Shown: positions 17,536-28,857, counted from the first letter of the stretch. The stretch is 64,000 bases of DNA from a virus (IMGVR_UViG_3300044825_001064:1805-65804); one strand, 5' to 3'. Translations and numbers: made by a program. The notes: a model not told the origin generated them from the letters alone.

Positions 17536-19005
17536 TTACTTCTTAACAGGGCCGCCTTCGGCCATACGGGCAATTGGTACACCACGCCTTGGCACCACTC
17601 TACGTTGTGGCATCATTTGATTGGCGTTAGGGAATGCGGTGTATGGACCCATGCGTTGACGTTGTGCCTCATACGCAGCGTTGTTTTGCATGTACGTTGG
17701 CATACCGCCACCTGTTGGGCGACGAGGCGTTACAGATTGTTGTACTTGAGGCACAAACTGTTTAAGTCGAGGCATTGGTTGATTGCCTACAGTAGGATTC
17801 ATATTGTTTTGAGTAAACAAATTATTATCTTGCTGAGGCATACCACCAAACATTTGAACCACACTTCCGCCAGTATTTGTTGCTAACTCTGGTCCTTGAC
17901 CATATAGTCTGGGGGTAGGATTAAATGGTGCTGGAGGTGTTGTGCCTTGTGGCGTACCACCAAACATTTGAACTGCTGTGCCGGTTTCTTCTTGTACACC
18001 AGGAACACTACGCTCATCAAATTGCGTTCCGACAAAAGGCGTTGGTTGTGTCGGAGCAATTGGAGTTGTGGTTTGCGGCATTGGTTGCGGAGCAGATTGT
18101 TCCATATTTTGCACAGCGTTACTAATAGCGCCGATAGACGGAGCTATCGAACCCACCGTACCACCTAAGAAGAAATGTTGAACCGGACCGCCATCTGCCA
18201 TCTCAGGTTTTTGCATCTCACGGTACTTATCTAATGCCGTAGTACCTAACCCACCAAGAAGCCCAAGACCTGTACCAACCACGCGAGTTGCGGGTGTGGG
18301 AATTAAAGTCATACCGGAACCTATGGCACCAAGACCACCTAATGCGGCACCCGCAATGTCTCCGCGTTTGAGCCGATTGTATGCATCAACACCTTGATAT
18401 GCTGCAGATCCACCAGCAACAGTACGACCCAAAGTTTCTACGCCAAGACGACCAATTTTACCCGGAAGACTTTGGGCTTGCGGGGTCATAACTTTATTGG
18501 CCGCTAAAATCTTATCTTTTACTGGCGTGGCAGCTTTACGAATCTCTTCTTCAGATTTAAATAAATTCTCTAACTTCTGTAACTTCTCAGCTTTTTTGCG
18601 TGCTTCTTCAGCAGCCATCATTCTTTTATATGCGTCTTTATAATGCTCTGCTTCGGCCGCTGGACTATAATCGGCAACGTTAACCATTTGTTTAGTCCAA
18701 TTCATAATAGGACTAGACGTCGTGGCACGATAAATGGACGGTTTTGCACCCTCTGGCATAGGGCCCGAAATAACATTTGCCGCGGTATTAATAGCCTTAC
18801 TTGTTAATGGATTGACAACCTTACTTGCAGCACCAGCAGCAGCACCTGTGAGCATATCTGCTGCAGGATTTCTTTCAGGAGGTTGAGTTTCATACATCCA
18901 ACCCTCACCGCGTGTTTCTTCAACAGGTTTTTCAGAACTGATTACAATAGTTTGACCTTCTTTAACCCATCCCTCAGGCGGTTTCAGTGTGTCTTTATCG
19001 TTCAT
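17536..19005 (-). CDS. Putative internal virion / ejection protein
   Basis: Last gene of the structural arm; Gly-rich amphipathic segments; MADGG/MAEGG motifs; start taken at ATG 19005. Confidence 0.6.
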   Translation of the reverse strand: MNDKDTLKPPEGWVKEGQTIVISSEKPVEETRGEGWMYETQPPERNPAADMLTGAAAGAASKVVNPLTSKAINTAANVISGPMPEGAKPSIYRATTSSPIMNWTKQMVNVADYSPAAEAEHYKDAYKRMMAAEEARKKAEKLQKLENLFKSEEEIRKAATPVKDKILAANKVMTPQAQSLPGKIGRLGVETLGRTVAGGSAAYQGVDAYNRLKRGDIAGAALGGLGAIGSGMTLIPTPATRVVGTGLGLLGGLGTTALDKYREMQKPEMADGGPVQHFFLGGTVGSIAPSIGAISNAVQNMEQSAPQPMPQTTTPIAPTQPTPFVGTQFDERSVPGVQEETGTAVQMFGGTPQGTTPPAPFNPTPRLYGQGPELATNTGGSVVQMFGGMPQQDNNLFTQNNMNPTVGNQPMPRLKQFVPQVQQSVTPRRPTGGGMPTYMQNNAAYEAQRQRMGPYTAFPNANQMMPQRRVVPRRGVPIARMAEGGPVKK

Positions 19006-20783
19006 TAGTTGGTCGTCCATTTTTTATTTTTATCATACCAACCCCACTTTTTAAGAGTGGGGTTATACATAGCACCTTCAGGAACATTGTTTGGTCGCGG
19101 AGGTGTAGTTTGCGGTACATAGCGTGTACGGTTTATTTCAGATAAAGTTCTTCCAAATTCTTCGTACAATTTTTTACGCTCAGGATTTACAATATGCTTG
19201 TTGTAGTCAAACGTTTGGCCGTTATAAGTGCCATTAAACAATTCACGTTCTTTTTTATCTGTCTTAAGCGTTTCTTCATCATAACGCTGAATTTTATACA
19301 AAGCATCCCAACCGTTGTCAGCGGTACCAGCAATTTGTTTAAATGCCACCCAATCTCTATCAGACGTGCTACCTTTAGTTTGTTGAACCACATCTAGAAT
19401 ACGCTGTCCAAGAATACGAGCAATTTCTTTAGATGCCTCAATGTCTTCCTCTTTTGCATCTGGTCTTGCTCGTTGTAAAATTTCAACAATATCTGGAAGA
19501 GCAAGTGTGCCGCCAGGTGCCTGAATTCCTTTTTGCAACGCAGTAGCAATTGCGTTACCCCAAGTAGGAGAATTTAACACACCTGCAACGTTTTTATTAC
19601 CACCAAATTGTTGAATAATTTGTTTCAAATAATCATTGTCACCCTGACGTTTTGCAAGCATTCTTTCATCTGTACGAGCAAGAAACTTATCAGCTTCTTG
19701 TTGAATAGAAGCAATACCCGATTTGCTCAACTCTTGTTTAGTTGCGTTGTACACGTCATAATCTTTTTGCCATTTTTCTTTAGCGGCATTAAACTCAGAT
19801 TGACGGCCAATGTAATTAGATGCAATTGGCGGCTCAGGGGGGCCGACGGTAACTTGAGAAGGCTTAACAGTAGCTGGCGCTGCAGGTGCCTTTTCTGCAG
19901 GTGCAGCAGCTGGAGCGGGCTTCGTTGTAGCCGTTGTTGTAGGTGCGGTAGCCGGAGCCGGAGCTCCGGGTACAGGCGCAGGCATTGGTTTTGTTGCCTG
20001 TGTAGGCGCCGCAGCTGGCGGAGTAGCTTTTTGTGCATCGGATATAACTTTACCCAACGGCACTTTTTCACCATTTACAAGGGCTTGTAAATTAGGTTGT
20101 TTTTGTAAATATTTTTCAGCCATGTGCAAAGGCATTTGCCCTACACCAAAGACATCAACTATCGTAGCCATTGAAGGCGACATTTCTTTTTTAACACTTT
20201 CGGTTGTGCGCGTTTCTAACCACTTATCGAGAACGGGTTTGTCATGTGCAAAATTGCCTTTTAATCGAGCTTTGACTGTATCCGGAACAGGAATTCCATC
20301 GTAGGTCATGACACCTTCTGCCGTTACGTCCGCGCCCGCTCCAGGTGTTGGGGCAGGAGCAGCGCCACCGGCAGCTGGCATTGCTGGCCCAGCGCCCGGT
20401 TTTAATCGACTGGCATACAGCGCAGCGTCTTTTTCAGCTTGGGATTGAGCAGCACGGTACGCAGCCATTTGGGTGCGATAGTCTAAAATTTGTCTGTCTT
20501 CAATGTCTTGTTGTTTTTGGTAGTCTAATGCTGCACCAGGACCATAGGTTGTTGCATATGCTTTATTAATGCCGCCCATTAAAAGGGCTAAGGGACTTTG
20601 ACGTTGGTCAATAAACTCTTGCATGCGAGCAAGAATTTCTTTAGTTTCATTAGAGTCAAGCGCAATTTTATCAGTAATACCGGTTGCTTTAGGCGCGTTT
20701 GCGTAATAGGTGCCGCCAGTAGGTTGAGTACTGGTTTCGCTTACTGTGTCAGTATTGACGGTATCTAAAGGGGACGATGCCAT
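19005..20783 (-). CDS. Putative internal virion / ejection protein
   Basis: Position in the ejectosome block; GSTSDRDW motif; Pro/Ala linker. Confidence 0.6.
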   Translation of the reverse strand: MASSPLDTVNTDTVSETSTQPTGGTYYANAPKATGITDKIALDSNETKEILARMQEFIDQRQSPLALLMGGINKAYATTYGPGAALDYQKQQDIEDRQILDYRTQMAAYRAAQSQAEKDAALYASRLKPGAGPAMPAAGGAAPAPTPGAGADVTAEGVMTYDGIPVPDTVKARLKGNFAHDKPVLDKWLETRTTESVKKEMSPSMATIVDVFGVGQMPLHMAEKYLQKQPNLQALVNGEKVPLGKVISDAQKATPPAAAPTQATKPMPAPVPGAPAPATAPTTTATTKPAPAAAPAEKAPAAPATVKPSQVTVGPPEPPIASNYIGRQSEFNAAKEKWQKDYDVYNATKQELSKSGIASIQQEADKFLARTDERMLAKRQGDNDYLKQIIQQFGGNKNVAGVLNSPTWGNAIATALQKGIQAPGGTLALPDIVEILQRARPDAKEEDIEASKEIARILGQRILDVVQQTKGSTSDRDWVAFKQIAGTADNGWDALYKIQRYDEETLKTDKKERELFNGTYNGQTFDYNKHIVNPERKKLYEEFGRTLSEINRTRYVPQTTPPRPNNVPEGAMYNPTLKKWGWYDKNKKWTTN

Positions 20784-20795
20784 TACTATTCCTTG

Positions 20796-21932
20796 TTAAT
20801 ATAAATCACTGTAACCGGCGTCAGAACCAGCGTCATAATAGTCACCACCACCGCCAGCACCAATATCGGCATCCCAATTAATATCGCCATAATCACCGCC
20901 GCCAGTATCACCACCGCCACCACCGCCATTTTCTAAATCTTGGGCGGCCCATTGGTCTTGTAGTGTTTGAGCATCTGTTTGATTTAACACATTACCACTA
21001 CTGTCAACAACTGTAATATTTCCATCAGCGTCGGTAATTTGACGATATCCATCTGAAGTAATCATCATTGTACCACCGCCAGCCAATTGGTATGTTCCAG
21101 GATTAAGTGCTGCGGTTAATCCTGAACCACCATATCCGCCACTGCCCATAACTGCACTTAAACCAGGTAATTGTTTCAAAATACTTTGCCCCATTGCTGT
21201 TTTTCCAAATGCTTCTAAACCTCGCGCACCACCTAATACAGCGTTTCCAAGAGCGGCAATCTGACCTAATGGAGATAGTTGCTTTTGACTTGATACAGTT
21301 GTAGGTGCGTTAATGGTGCTTAACAAGCTAGCTAAATTACCGATGTTGGTAAACGGAGCATTCTGTTGAGCTTGACCAACGTTCATTGCGGCGTTAATGC
21401 CTTGCTGAGTTACGTTACCCAATTGAGCAGCGCCCTGTACACCGGTCTGCTGGTTTTGTAATGCGGCTTGCATTTGTTTTGTATTTAGCTCAGCCATGGC
21501 ATCGCCCATAGCTTTATTGTAAGCTGTCTGACCACGCAAACTACCAAAGTTGCCGGTTGCAATATTGGCACCTTGAACAGGGGCGGTGTAGTTAGGCATC
21601 ATTTGTTGAAGCTGCTGATTTTGTGCAGCAAACAAACCGCCAAGAGGAGTAGTAACGTTTGGAGCTACCTCACCAGACTCACTTACAAGCCAAGGGTTAG
21701 CGGCACCAGATGCAATTTGTTGTAATGAACTCTGAGCTTGAGTGAAAGGATTAGCTTGACCAGGCTGTAATTGATTAATTGCGCCCTGCGCAACTGTCTG
21801 CCCCATTTGTGGTGCTTGATTGTATGCTTGAACACCTTGCCCAACAACTTGCTGCTGCGCCGCATCATACCATGATGGCAGCGTAGTTGTTGTTTGCATT
21901 GTATCCGATAATAGATTATTTAAGCCTGCCAT
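20796..21932 (-). CDS. Putative internal virion / DNA-transfer protein
   Basis: Q/G/A-rich; LPSWY and GNFGSLRG motifs typical of podoviral ejection proteins. Confidence 0.6.
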   Translation of the reverse strand: MAGLNNLLSDTMQTTTTLPSWYDAAQQQVVGQGVQAYNQAPQMGQTVAQGAINQLQPGQANPFTQAQSSLQQIASGAANPWLVSESGEVAPNVTTPLGGLFAAQNQQLQQMMPNYTAPVQGANIATGNFGSLRGQTAYNKAMGDAMAELNTKQMQAALQNQQTGVQGAAQLGNVTQQGINAAMNVGQAQQNAPFTNIGNLASLLSTINAPTTVSSQKQLSPLGQIAALGNAVLGGARGLEAFGKTAMGQSILKQLPGLSAVMGSGGYGGSGLTAALNPGTYQLAGGGTMMITSDGYRQITDADGNITVVDSSGNVLNQTDAQTLQDQWAAQDLENGGGGGGDTGGGDYGDINWDADIGAGGGGDYYDAGSDAGYSDLY

Positions 21933-21934
21933 GG

Positions 21935-24664
21935 TTATGTCACCTTACGTTTTGCATCTAATAAATATGCGAGAGCGCCCTTGCTCTTGGGCGGTAATTT
22001 TTTAGGGTCGTGGTTTTGTGCATGTTCCCTAATTAACTGCATCATCTGACTAAGGGCACTTGCCCCTGCATCATTACTACCATTTCCTAGCTTTGATACT
22101 ACATCGGCTGGAATAACAAACTCACCGTCTGCCAACATAGCCGGTACTGAATCGCTTGTGCCATCACCAGGCCCTTTGACGTATGTATTCTCTAACGAAT
22201 TTAACCCACCCTCACTGTAAAACTGTGGGTTGTGGCCTTCTACATTACCGCCAGCCGCATATTCTTTTTGCTCATACTGACCAAACTGCACTGGCCTAAA
22301 ACGACGCATACGTTCTAATGGGCTGCCGCGTGTAAGTGTTGGCCGTAATGTTGGACTAGGTGAAGACGGCATTTGCACTTGCTCGCCGTCTGCATACTTT
22401 TGGATTGGCGTTGCAAGATGATTTAACGCAGACATAAAATGCGACGTAGAACCACCATTTGCAGCATTAAAAGTAATGGGCGCAGGCTGCTGATAGCCAT
22501 ATTGCGGATTTGGCTGCACTGGATTATAGGTCATTTCAAATTCTGGTTCATCAGCAAATTGGAAAGCTGATCCTTTAATTAAATTTGGTGTTAAATGTTG
22601 AATGTCCGGAGCTTCAATTGGGCGCTGCACTTGTGGCTGTGGTTGAGGTGTAGTTCCGGTATCCGTGCCAGTGCCACCACCACCAGTACTGGTATCCATG
22701 AATGATGATCCAGCGCCTAACAGTGCCGATCCCAACAGTCCTAAATTAAGCCCTGTTCCGCCAGTGCTTCCGGTGCCGGTTCCAGTGCCTGTGCCAGTGC
22801 CGCCTGTTCCAGTGCCAGTACTAGGTGGCCGTGGTCTGGGGGTGCGTACGGTTTTATTTGCGACATTAAACATCCCCAAATTAATCCCTTTAAAGGGACT
22901 AGTAGTACCTTCTGCACTAGTCTGTCTAACTAAATCGCCGTCAGCATTGTAAATATCTTTACTACCGTCAGGATTTGTAACGGTAATTTCGCCGGTATTT
23001 GGATCAGTCGTATAATTTAAGTTATACTTTGTTGGTGCGGCTTCTGCAATGTACGCGTCTGGGTCATTTGGGTTTGTTGACAGATTATAATAACCTGCCG
23101 AGGCACCTTCCTCTAATGGTGCACCAGCACCTTGCGCTATCGGCACTAACGTTATTTCGTTGCCTTCGGGGTCTTTACCAACCACACTCCACATTCCAGT
23201 GTTTGGATTCTGTTTATAAACACCCTCTACTTTTGCAACAACGTCTTTTTCACTTTGAGACTCGTCTTGCGCGCCAAAACTTCCAGCAACGTTTCTTGTC
23301 ATTAAGTCTTGAACGTTACGTGCTGCTTCTCCAGGATCTACACCTTGAAGCAACTGTGACTGGAATGCAGCTTTGTACTCAGGCGGTAAATCAGAAATTT
23401 GCGCTTCAGCTTCTGCTTTGTTAACTTCGTACAACTCTTTTACTTCGGCAATTGCTGCCATGCCGTCTTCACCTTTTGCAACGGCTTGGTCGTAAATTTC
23501 TTTGTAGTATGTTGGTAAACGATTTGCTGACTCATTAATAGCAGCTTGACGCTCAGTTAATTCTGTTGCCGTTTCGCTAAAATTACCATACGCAGCTTCC
23601 AACGCATCGCCAGCATCAACAAGTTCAGCTTGTTGCTGAACAAGTATTTCATTTAATGGTTCAATCTGACCTTTTAATTCCGTCAATTTAGCATTGGTCT
23701 GATTGAAGTCTGCTAAGTTTGCTTCACGCTGTGCGTTTAGCTCATTAAATTTTTCCGCTGCTGCTTGCATGCCTGACACGTCTTTCGCATCTTTAGCGGC
23801 ATAGTATTGAGCTTTATATTCTTCCAACTGCGGATCTATTTCCGCATTTTTTTCTTCAGCAGCTAATCGTTGCTCTTCAGCTGTTTTGTACAACTCGTTT
23901 GCTTCTTCAATCAACGGATTAATTTTATCTGCGTTTGATTGGTAATTAAATTTTATATCTTGGAATTTGTTTAATGCTTCACTTAATGCGGAGTTTACAA
24001 TTCCATAAGCTGCAGTATTGGCAATTGCTTTTTCAATGTCTTTACCAGTTACGCCAGCAACCGCTGCAGCTGCACCAACGTTACCAATAATGTTACCGGC
24101 TGTTTTGCTTAGTTCTGCAATTTGGCCGTTTGTAAATGCGGTGCTTAACGCGCCACTAACTGCACCACTTAATGCGCCAGTAAACGGATCGCGACCTTGC
24201 AATACTGCACTAACTGCATTACCAACACTGCGGCCAGCAGCATTCTGAATAATCTGTACGGTTGAAGGATCTAATCCTTCAGTTACGTTTCTAACAACGT
24301 CTGCAACAGGAATACCCGCAGTAATACCTGCGCTTAAACCACCGATAATGCCAGCGGTTGCAATCTTACTAATGTCACCACCGTTGACCGCAGCAATGGC
24401 CGCATTGGCAATAGCGGCATTAGTTGCTGCTGAAATAATAGAACCCATACTACCAGCAACAGCAATCTCAGCAGCAGTAAATCCAGCTAATTGCGCTGCG
24501 GCTACACCAGCACCAAGACCACTTGTTGCAACGGTGATACCAATAGCCATAATGGCCGGAATGGGGTTGCGGCCAATGTTTTCAACAGTTGACCCTACCC
24601 CTTTAGCAACGCCTTCGACGGCTTTAGCAAGCGGGCTTATTACTGGAATTCCGCCGCCGCTCAT
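21935..24664 (-). CDS. Large internal virion protein
   Basis: Hydrophobic Ala/Gly N-terminus, coiled coil, C-terminal GPGDGTSDSVPAMLADGEFVIPADVV domain. Confidence 0.7.
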   Translation of the reverse strand: MSGGGIPVISPLAKAVEGVAKGVGSTVENIGRNPIPAIMAIGITVATSGLGAGVAAAQLAGFTAAEIAVAGSMGSIISAATNAAIANAAIAAVNGGDISKIATAGIIGGLSAGITAGIPVADVVRNVTEGLDPSTVQIIQNAAGRSVGNAVSAVLQGRDPFTGALSGAVSGALSTAFTNGQIAELSKTAGNIIGNVGAAAAVAGVTGKDIEKAIANTAAYGIVNSALSEALNKFQDIKFNYQSNADKINPLIEEANELYKTAEEQRLAAEEKNAEIDPQLEEYKAQYYAAKDAKDVSGMQAAAEKFNELNAQREANLADFNQTNAKLTELKGQIEPLNEILVQQQAELVDAGDALEAAYGNFSETATELTERQAAINESANRLPTYYKEIYDQAVAKGEDGMAAIAEVKELYEVNKAEAEAQISDLPPEYKAAFQSQLLQGVDPGEAARNVQDLMTRNVAGSFGAQDESQSEKDVVAKVEGVYKQNPNTGMWSVVGKDPEGNEITLVPIAQGAGAPLEEGASAGYYNLSTNPNDPDAYIAEAAPTKYNLNYTTDPNTGEITVTNPDGSKDIYNADGDLVRQTSAEGTTSPFKGINLGMFNVANKTVRTPRPRPPSTGTGTGGTGTGTGTGTGSTGGTGLNLGLLGSALLGAGSSFMDTSTGGGGTGTDTGTTPQPQPQVQRPIEAPDIQHLTPNLIKGSAFQFADEPEFEMTYNPVQPNPQYGYQQPAPITFNAANGGSTSHFMSALNHLATPIQKYADGEQVQMPSSPSPTLRPTLTRGSPLERMRRFRPVQFGQYEQKEYAAGGNVEGHNPQFYSEGGLNSLENTYVKGPGDGTSDSVPAMLADGEFVIPADVVSKLGNGSNDAGASALSQMMQLIREHAQNHDPKKLPPKSKGALAYLLDAKRKVT

Positions 24665-25143
24665 TTTGCGTTCACCGTAATAATTTGACCTTTACCTGTT
24701 TCTAAGTCCACCGACTTGGCGGTGTAGTTAATTTTTGCTCGTTTTAGTAATGGCTCAATTGCAATTCCGCTTGACGGAAAAGTCATAGTCTGAATGCCGG
24801 CAACAACCAGCGCTTTTTCCAACTGCATTAAAGTCTTGACAAAAGTCTGCGGGCCGTCGGCCGTAAAGATAAGACCATCGGCGGTTCCGTTTCCTTTATT
24901 GTCCATAAACAAAACGGTATTGTTTGCTCGAATTAAACGGTACTGTGGCTGTTTGACCATATGGGCGATTGCCGAATAGGTCGTTTCTGGATCCATATTC
25001 AAGTTGAATTTTTTGATATCATGTTCAATGATGTCGTAAATCTCCATCTCTTTGACGTTGGCCTTGTTCAAACCACCTTCTTTAGAGACGTGTTCAAGCC
25101 CACCTTGGGAGCCGTCATTTTGTGGTGATTTGTTATCGGTCAT
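24661..25143 (-). CDS. Hypothetical protein (position typical of GNAT-like/T7 gp13-like assembly protein)
   Basis: First gene after promoter 25176-25207; fold inferred from position only. Confidence 0.55.
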   Translation of the reverse strand: MTDNKSPQNDGSQGGLEHVSKEGGLNKANVKEMEIYDIIEHDIKKFNLNMDPETTYSAIAHMVKQPQYRLIRANNTVLFMDNKGNGTADGLIFTADGPQTFVKTLMQLEKALVVAGIQTMTFPSSGIAIEPLLKRAKINYTAKSVDLETGKGQIITVNAK

Positions 25144-25175
25144 TTGTGGATAAATCCTTGAATTGTCCTATATAC

Positions 25176-25207
25176 ACTAATACGCAATAAACGGCATTTT
25201 TGCCCTA
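25176..25207 (-). promoter_or_regulatory. Late-class phage promoter
   Basis: ACTAATACGC 25176-25185, N16, GCCCTA 25202-25207 on the + strand. Confidence 0.85.
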
Positions 25208-25208
25208 A

Positions 25209-25460
25209 TTACTGGGTCACGCCGTTAATAATGATGGAGCATTGGTGCGCCCAGTCTTGCCAGTTTTCGTATAGATCTGGGTCCGGAACAGGCGCCGTTA
25301 AAAACGTAGGCAACTGCACTAGATTCTTAGCCGTAAATCTCCAGTTCTCTTCCGTGGAATACGGAATGATCTCTTCGGAAAAGTACATAATTAAATTGCC
25401 ATTCCAGTCTTCCCAAGTAGAATAGTCCGGAACAAACGGAAAGAACCCTTGTACAGACAT
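25209..25460 (-). CDS. Conserved Trp-rich tail-associated protein
   Basis: TWEDW...ENW...VPDP..YENWQDWA; coupled to the tail nozzle gene. Confidence 0.7.
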   Translation of the reverse strand: MSVQGFFPFVPDYSTWEDWNGNLIMYFSEEIIPYSTEENWRFTAKNLVQLPTFLTAPVPDPDLYENWQDWAHQCSIIINGVTQ

Positions 25461-27589
25461 TACGGCCTTTCGTCACCGTACTCCGCGGTGATCAAAATAC
25501 GGCCCATTTCATAGTTGCCATTAATTGCGTTTGAGGTAAATTGTAGGCGCATTTCACGATGCTCTATACGCAAGTCAATCTTTTCCGTATCCGGGCCAAA
25601 AGAATATGGGCCGTTAACTTGTGTGCCGCCCCTAGCAAACTTTTCACCTAAGATATTTAAAGTCATTTCGCCGCCTTGTACAAAGTCTGGCTCAATACGA
25701 CGAAGGTGCATGCGTCGATTAATAGCCTGATTGGTATCTTGTGACGGATCCCCGCCAACCCAACTGATGTCGCAAGTTGTAATGCTAGATGTAATAGCCG
25801 TTTCAGCCGTAAATCCAACCCGGTTTAAACCAAACTCATGCTGCCAAATTCCGTATCCACCACTAACTACGTACACGGGCGCGCCCACTGGTACTGGCGG
25901 AATAAACGGAGTTTCTACTGTAACTAAAGTAACACCAGGGGGCGGAACGTTTAGATTGTAAATAAGCTGACTGGTTAAAACGCGATGAAATGTATCTGCT
26001 CCGGTTTTAGAAGTTGTAACATATTCCCCAGGGGTAATAATTGATGTTGCATCGCCTTCTAAATAAAACTGATACGCTGTAGGCGCGGTTAATGTGGGCG
26101 GAGTTGCAACCGTTACATATGGAATACTATAGCGTACGTCATAGTTCCAATCAGCCCAAATCGGCGTTGGGAAAATTTCTGTAGTGTAGCCACAGGAACG
26201 TTGTGCACCGGTTGCACTGCCAGCGTCGTACCAGATCTTATCTTTTACGTTATAGATAATAGCATCGGTACATTCTGTTGCAGTGCCGCGAGGATAAAAG
26301 AACCAAATCTCGTTGTACCTTGGGACCTTAGTAGCCCATACTTTTTGGCGTTGTTGGTAGTTAAGGTTATCAAATAGCCAGTTTACGTTCTTATCATTTG
26401 GCAAAACACTAACTTGTCCGTTATACAAATAGAAACGGTCAACGCCCATCCAGTAGTACAATCCGTCCATCTCAACAACTGCCGAAGAAGACATGATAGA
26501 GATTTGGCTGGAAATAATATCATAACGCCAATACAGCGGAGCAGTTCCGGTAAACGAAACGCGAATCAAACTGTCAGTTGCCCAGAACAAACCGGACGGT
26601 GAATTGGTACCACCGCGAACTGGCAGACCCTTAACAATTTTAGACGACGCCATGTTGACCTGGTTGGCTGTTGGGCCGTTCCAATCAGACAAATTTTGTG
26701 CGTTGTACGTTGTGTAACTTGCGTTTGTGTCTACGTGATTGTTGGCGATAAAGCCGTTTGAACCGTAAACAAATAAGAACGGATACAAAACGCAAACACC
26801 GCCGTCAGCTTCAATCGGACGATACGTTGGATTTTGACCACCGCTATCTGCTAAAACTGAAAACGTCCACTGTTGCAATGAGTCAGGTTGTATGTTACCC
26901 ACATAAATAGGGGTCTCAATACCATTATCAATATTAAAGAGGTTTAGTCCTGGATGGGCAATTAACTGTAGATCACCACCCGACGGGACGTACTGCAAAT
27001 CAAATTGCCATAGCAAACGGCTGTCCGGCAAAATAGGGGGTTGGTATGTCCATACATCTGTGACTGTTACCCCCACACCAAGCGCTGGAGAAAAGTTAAC
27101 CGTAGTAGTTGCAGAAGCAAATGATGAACTTGTAACAGTATAAACAACCGGATTGCTTTGATCAAAAATAATTTCTAAGCCTGCCGGAAACGCTGCAGTT
27201 ACATCCGTGTTGGGCGTTGTAATATCAAACGAAGTTGTTGTGTTTGCGGAAATTGCAAACTCGTTGTATCCTGGTTGAAATATACCAAAAAACGGACCAC
27301 TACCAACGCCTAATGTTGTTCCAGTTGTAAAAACATCAAGGGTGTTTTCTGTACCTACAAAAACATAGTTAACGCCGTTGTAAGCGTTGGAAATCATTCC
27401 GCGGCCAATGCCGCTAAGTGTGGCAAACAATTGACGATAGCCGCCCATTTTCTTAGGCGTGCCGCGTTGAAAACGACACCATACACCGTCAGTAAATTCG
27501 CGCGATTCAAATACAGTACCGTCCCGTTTAATACCAGGAACAATACCAAGCGTATAAATTAAATTATACTGCTGATTTGCATCCGCCAT
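25460..27589 (-). CDS. Tail nozzle / stabilization protein (P22 gp10 / T7 gp12-like)
   Basis: PGIKRDGT...WCRFQRGTPKKMGGY; YWMG.DRFY; YNEIWFFYP; IEPDF. Confidence 0.75.
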   Translation of the reverse strand: MADANQQYNLIYTLGIVPGIKRDGTVFESREFTDGVWCRFQRGTPKKMGGYRQLFATLSGIGRGMISNAYNGVNYVFVGTENTLDVFTTGTTLGVGSGPFFGIFQPGYNEFAISANTTTSFDITTPNTDVTAAFPAGLEIIFDQSNPVVYTVTSSSFASATTTVNFSPALGVGVTVTDVWTYQPPILPDSRLLWQFDLQYVPSGGDLQLIAHPGLNLFNIDNGIETPIYVGNIQPDSLQQWTFSVLADSGGQNPTYRPIEADGGVCVLYPFLFVYGSNGFIANNHVDTNASYTTYNAQNLSDWNGPTANQVNMASSKIVKGLPVRGGTNSPSGLFWATDSLIRVSFTGTAPLYWRYDIISSQISIMSSSAVVEMDGLYYWMGVDRFYLYNGQVSVLPNDKNVNWLFDNLNYQQRQKVWATKVPRYNEIWFFYPRGTATECTDAIIYNVKDKIWYDAGSATGAQRSCGYTTEIFPTPIWADWNYDVRYSIPYVTVATPPTLTAPTAYQFYLEGDATSIITPGEYVTTSKTGADTFHRVLTSQLIYNLNVPPPGVTLVTVETPFIPPVPVGAPVYVVSGGYGIWQHEFGLNRVGFTAETAITSSITTCDISWVGGDPSQDTNQAINRRMHLRRIEPDFVQGGEMTLNILGEKFARGGTQVNGPYSFGPDTEKIDLRIEHREMRLQFTSNAINGNYEMGRILITAEYGDERP

Positions 27590-28855
27590 TTAGAACTGTC
27601 CGCCAGTAATAAGAGATGCCGTAAATTGGGCAGGGGTTCTAATTTGAGGGCTGAGAGTATTAGAGTTATTAATCTCCAACATTTGTGTTGAGTTTGCGGT
27701 TAGACCCAAAACACTAGTGCCGACCAAATACATACCGGTGTGGTTATCGTTATTAAACGTATAAGACGGCGCAGAAGCTGAACCGTTTACTGCAAAAAAC
27801 ACGCCAGTAGTTGTTTGGTTCAATACATACAATACGTTACCATCGCTAAGAAATGTCACAACCTGACCAGCAGACACAATAATTGGAGACTGTGCACTTC
27901 CGGATAATTGGAATGTCAGGTTATATGTGCCGTTTTGCGTGTCGTTGACCACAAAATAAATCTGAGTAATGGCCGGTAGTGTAATTGCCAGGGTTTGTGT
28001 TCTGGAGCCAGATAGCGCAACATACGTTTGAATGATTGGTGCATTGGCAACCAAACTAAACGTATTGCCTACGATCGAATCTACGTCATACACAGCCGAT
28101 GTAAAGGTACTGTTTGCAGGAACTGTGTATCCGATCGTTGTGTAGTTTCCGGTGGCCGAATCAAACATGATGAAACCAGAATCGCCGGGAGTAGTTTCAA
28201 TGCTAGGTAATCCGTTAATTGTAGAAGTAGATTGGCCTTGAATAGTTAGCGTTCCAGTTCCGGAATTTCTAAAACCAATATACCAACCGTCATTAATGTC
28301 TCCCACAGCTGGCAATGTGATTGTGCCATTACCGCTTGTCCAAACATATGTCGCGGCGCGACTTGTTGCATTTAATGTTGGTGTAGCAGTTATTTCTATA
28401 ATGTTTTGCGTAGTGTTAAGTACGCCATTAAGAGCCACTAAACCGTAGCCAGCCAAACTAGCTGCATCGGCTGCCGAAGTGCCAGTTCCAAATGTAATGT
28501 TAGCCCACGTACCTGCCTCAGTACTGTTGTCCTCTAACCAAAAATATTTAGATACGCCAGGGTTTACTAAAACAGACTGAGAACCATCAAAATCCGCTAC
28601 AAAAAATGCTTGTGCTCCGCTGTTAATAATTAAAATATCAGAACCGACAGAACCTTGATCAGCTTGCGGTAAAAAAATGTTTCTATTGGCGTTTGATGCG
28701 GAGGCATCAATAATACGAGCAGCAGGAACTTGGGTTGGATTAACAACCGCAGGCCAATACAGTTGTACGTTTTCGCTAAACTGTAAGTTGTAATATGATA
28801 CGTCTGTTGGCTGAATGACGTTGCCGGTAAACGGCGAGGTAAATGTTTGTGGCAT
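27590..28855 (-). CDS. Tail protein / proximal fibre
   Basis: Beta-rich; GSASAPSYTFNNDNHTGMY fibre motif. Confidence 0.65.
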   Translation of the reverse strand: MPQTFTSPFTGNVIQPTDVSYYNLQFSENVQLYWPAVVNPTQVPAARIIDASASNANRNIFLPQADQGSVGSDILIINSGAQAFFVADFDGSQSVLVNPGVSKYFWLEDNSTEAGTWANITFGTGTSAADAASLAGYGLVALNGVLNTTQNIIEITATPTLNATSRAATYVWTSGNGTITLPAVGDINDGWYIGFRNSGTGTLTIQGQSTSTINGLPSIETTPGDSGFIMFDSATGNYTTIGYTVPANSTFTSAVYDVDSIVGNTFSLVANAPIIQTYVALSGSRTQTLAITLPAITQIYFVVNDTQNGTYNLTFQLSGSAQSPIIVSAGQVVTFLSDGNVLYVLNQTTTGVFFAVNGSASAPSYTFNNDNHTGMYLVGTSVLGLTANSTQMLEINNSNTLSPQIRTPAQFTASLITGGQF

Positions 28856-28857
28856 TC

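Noticed and set aside
17530-17541. Terminator at the convergence of the two genome arms
   Set aside because: The two stop codons abut directly (TAATTA) with no hairpin visible
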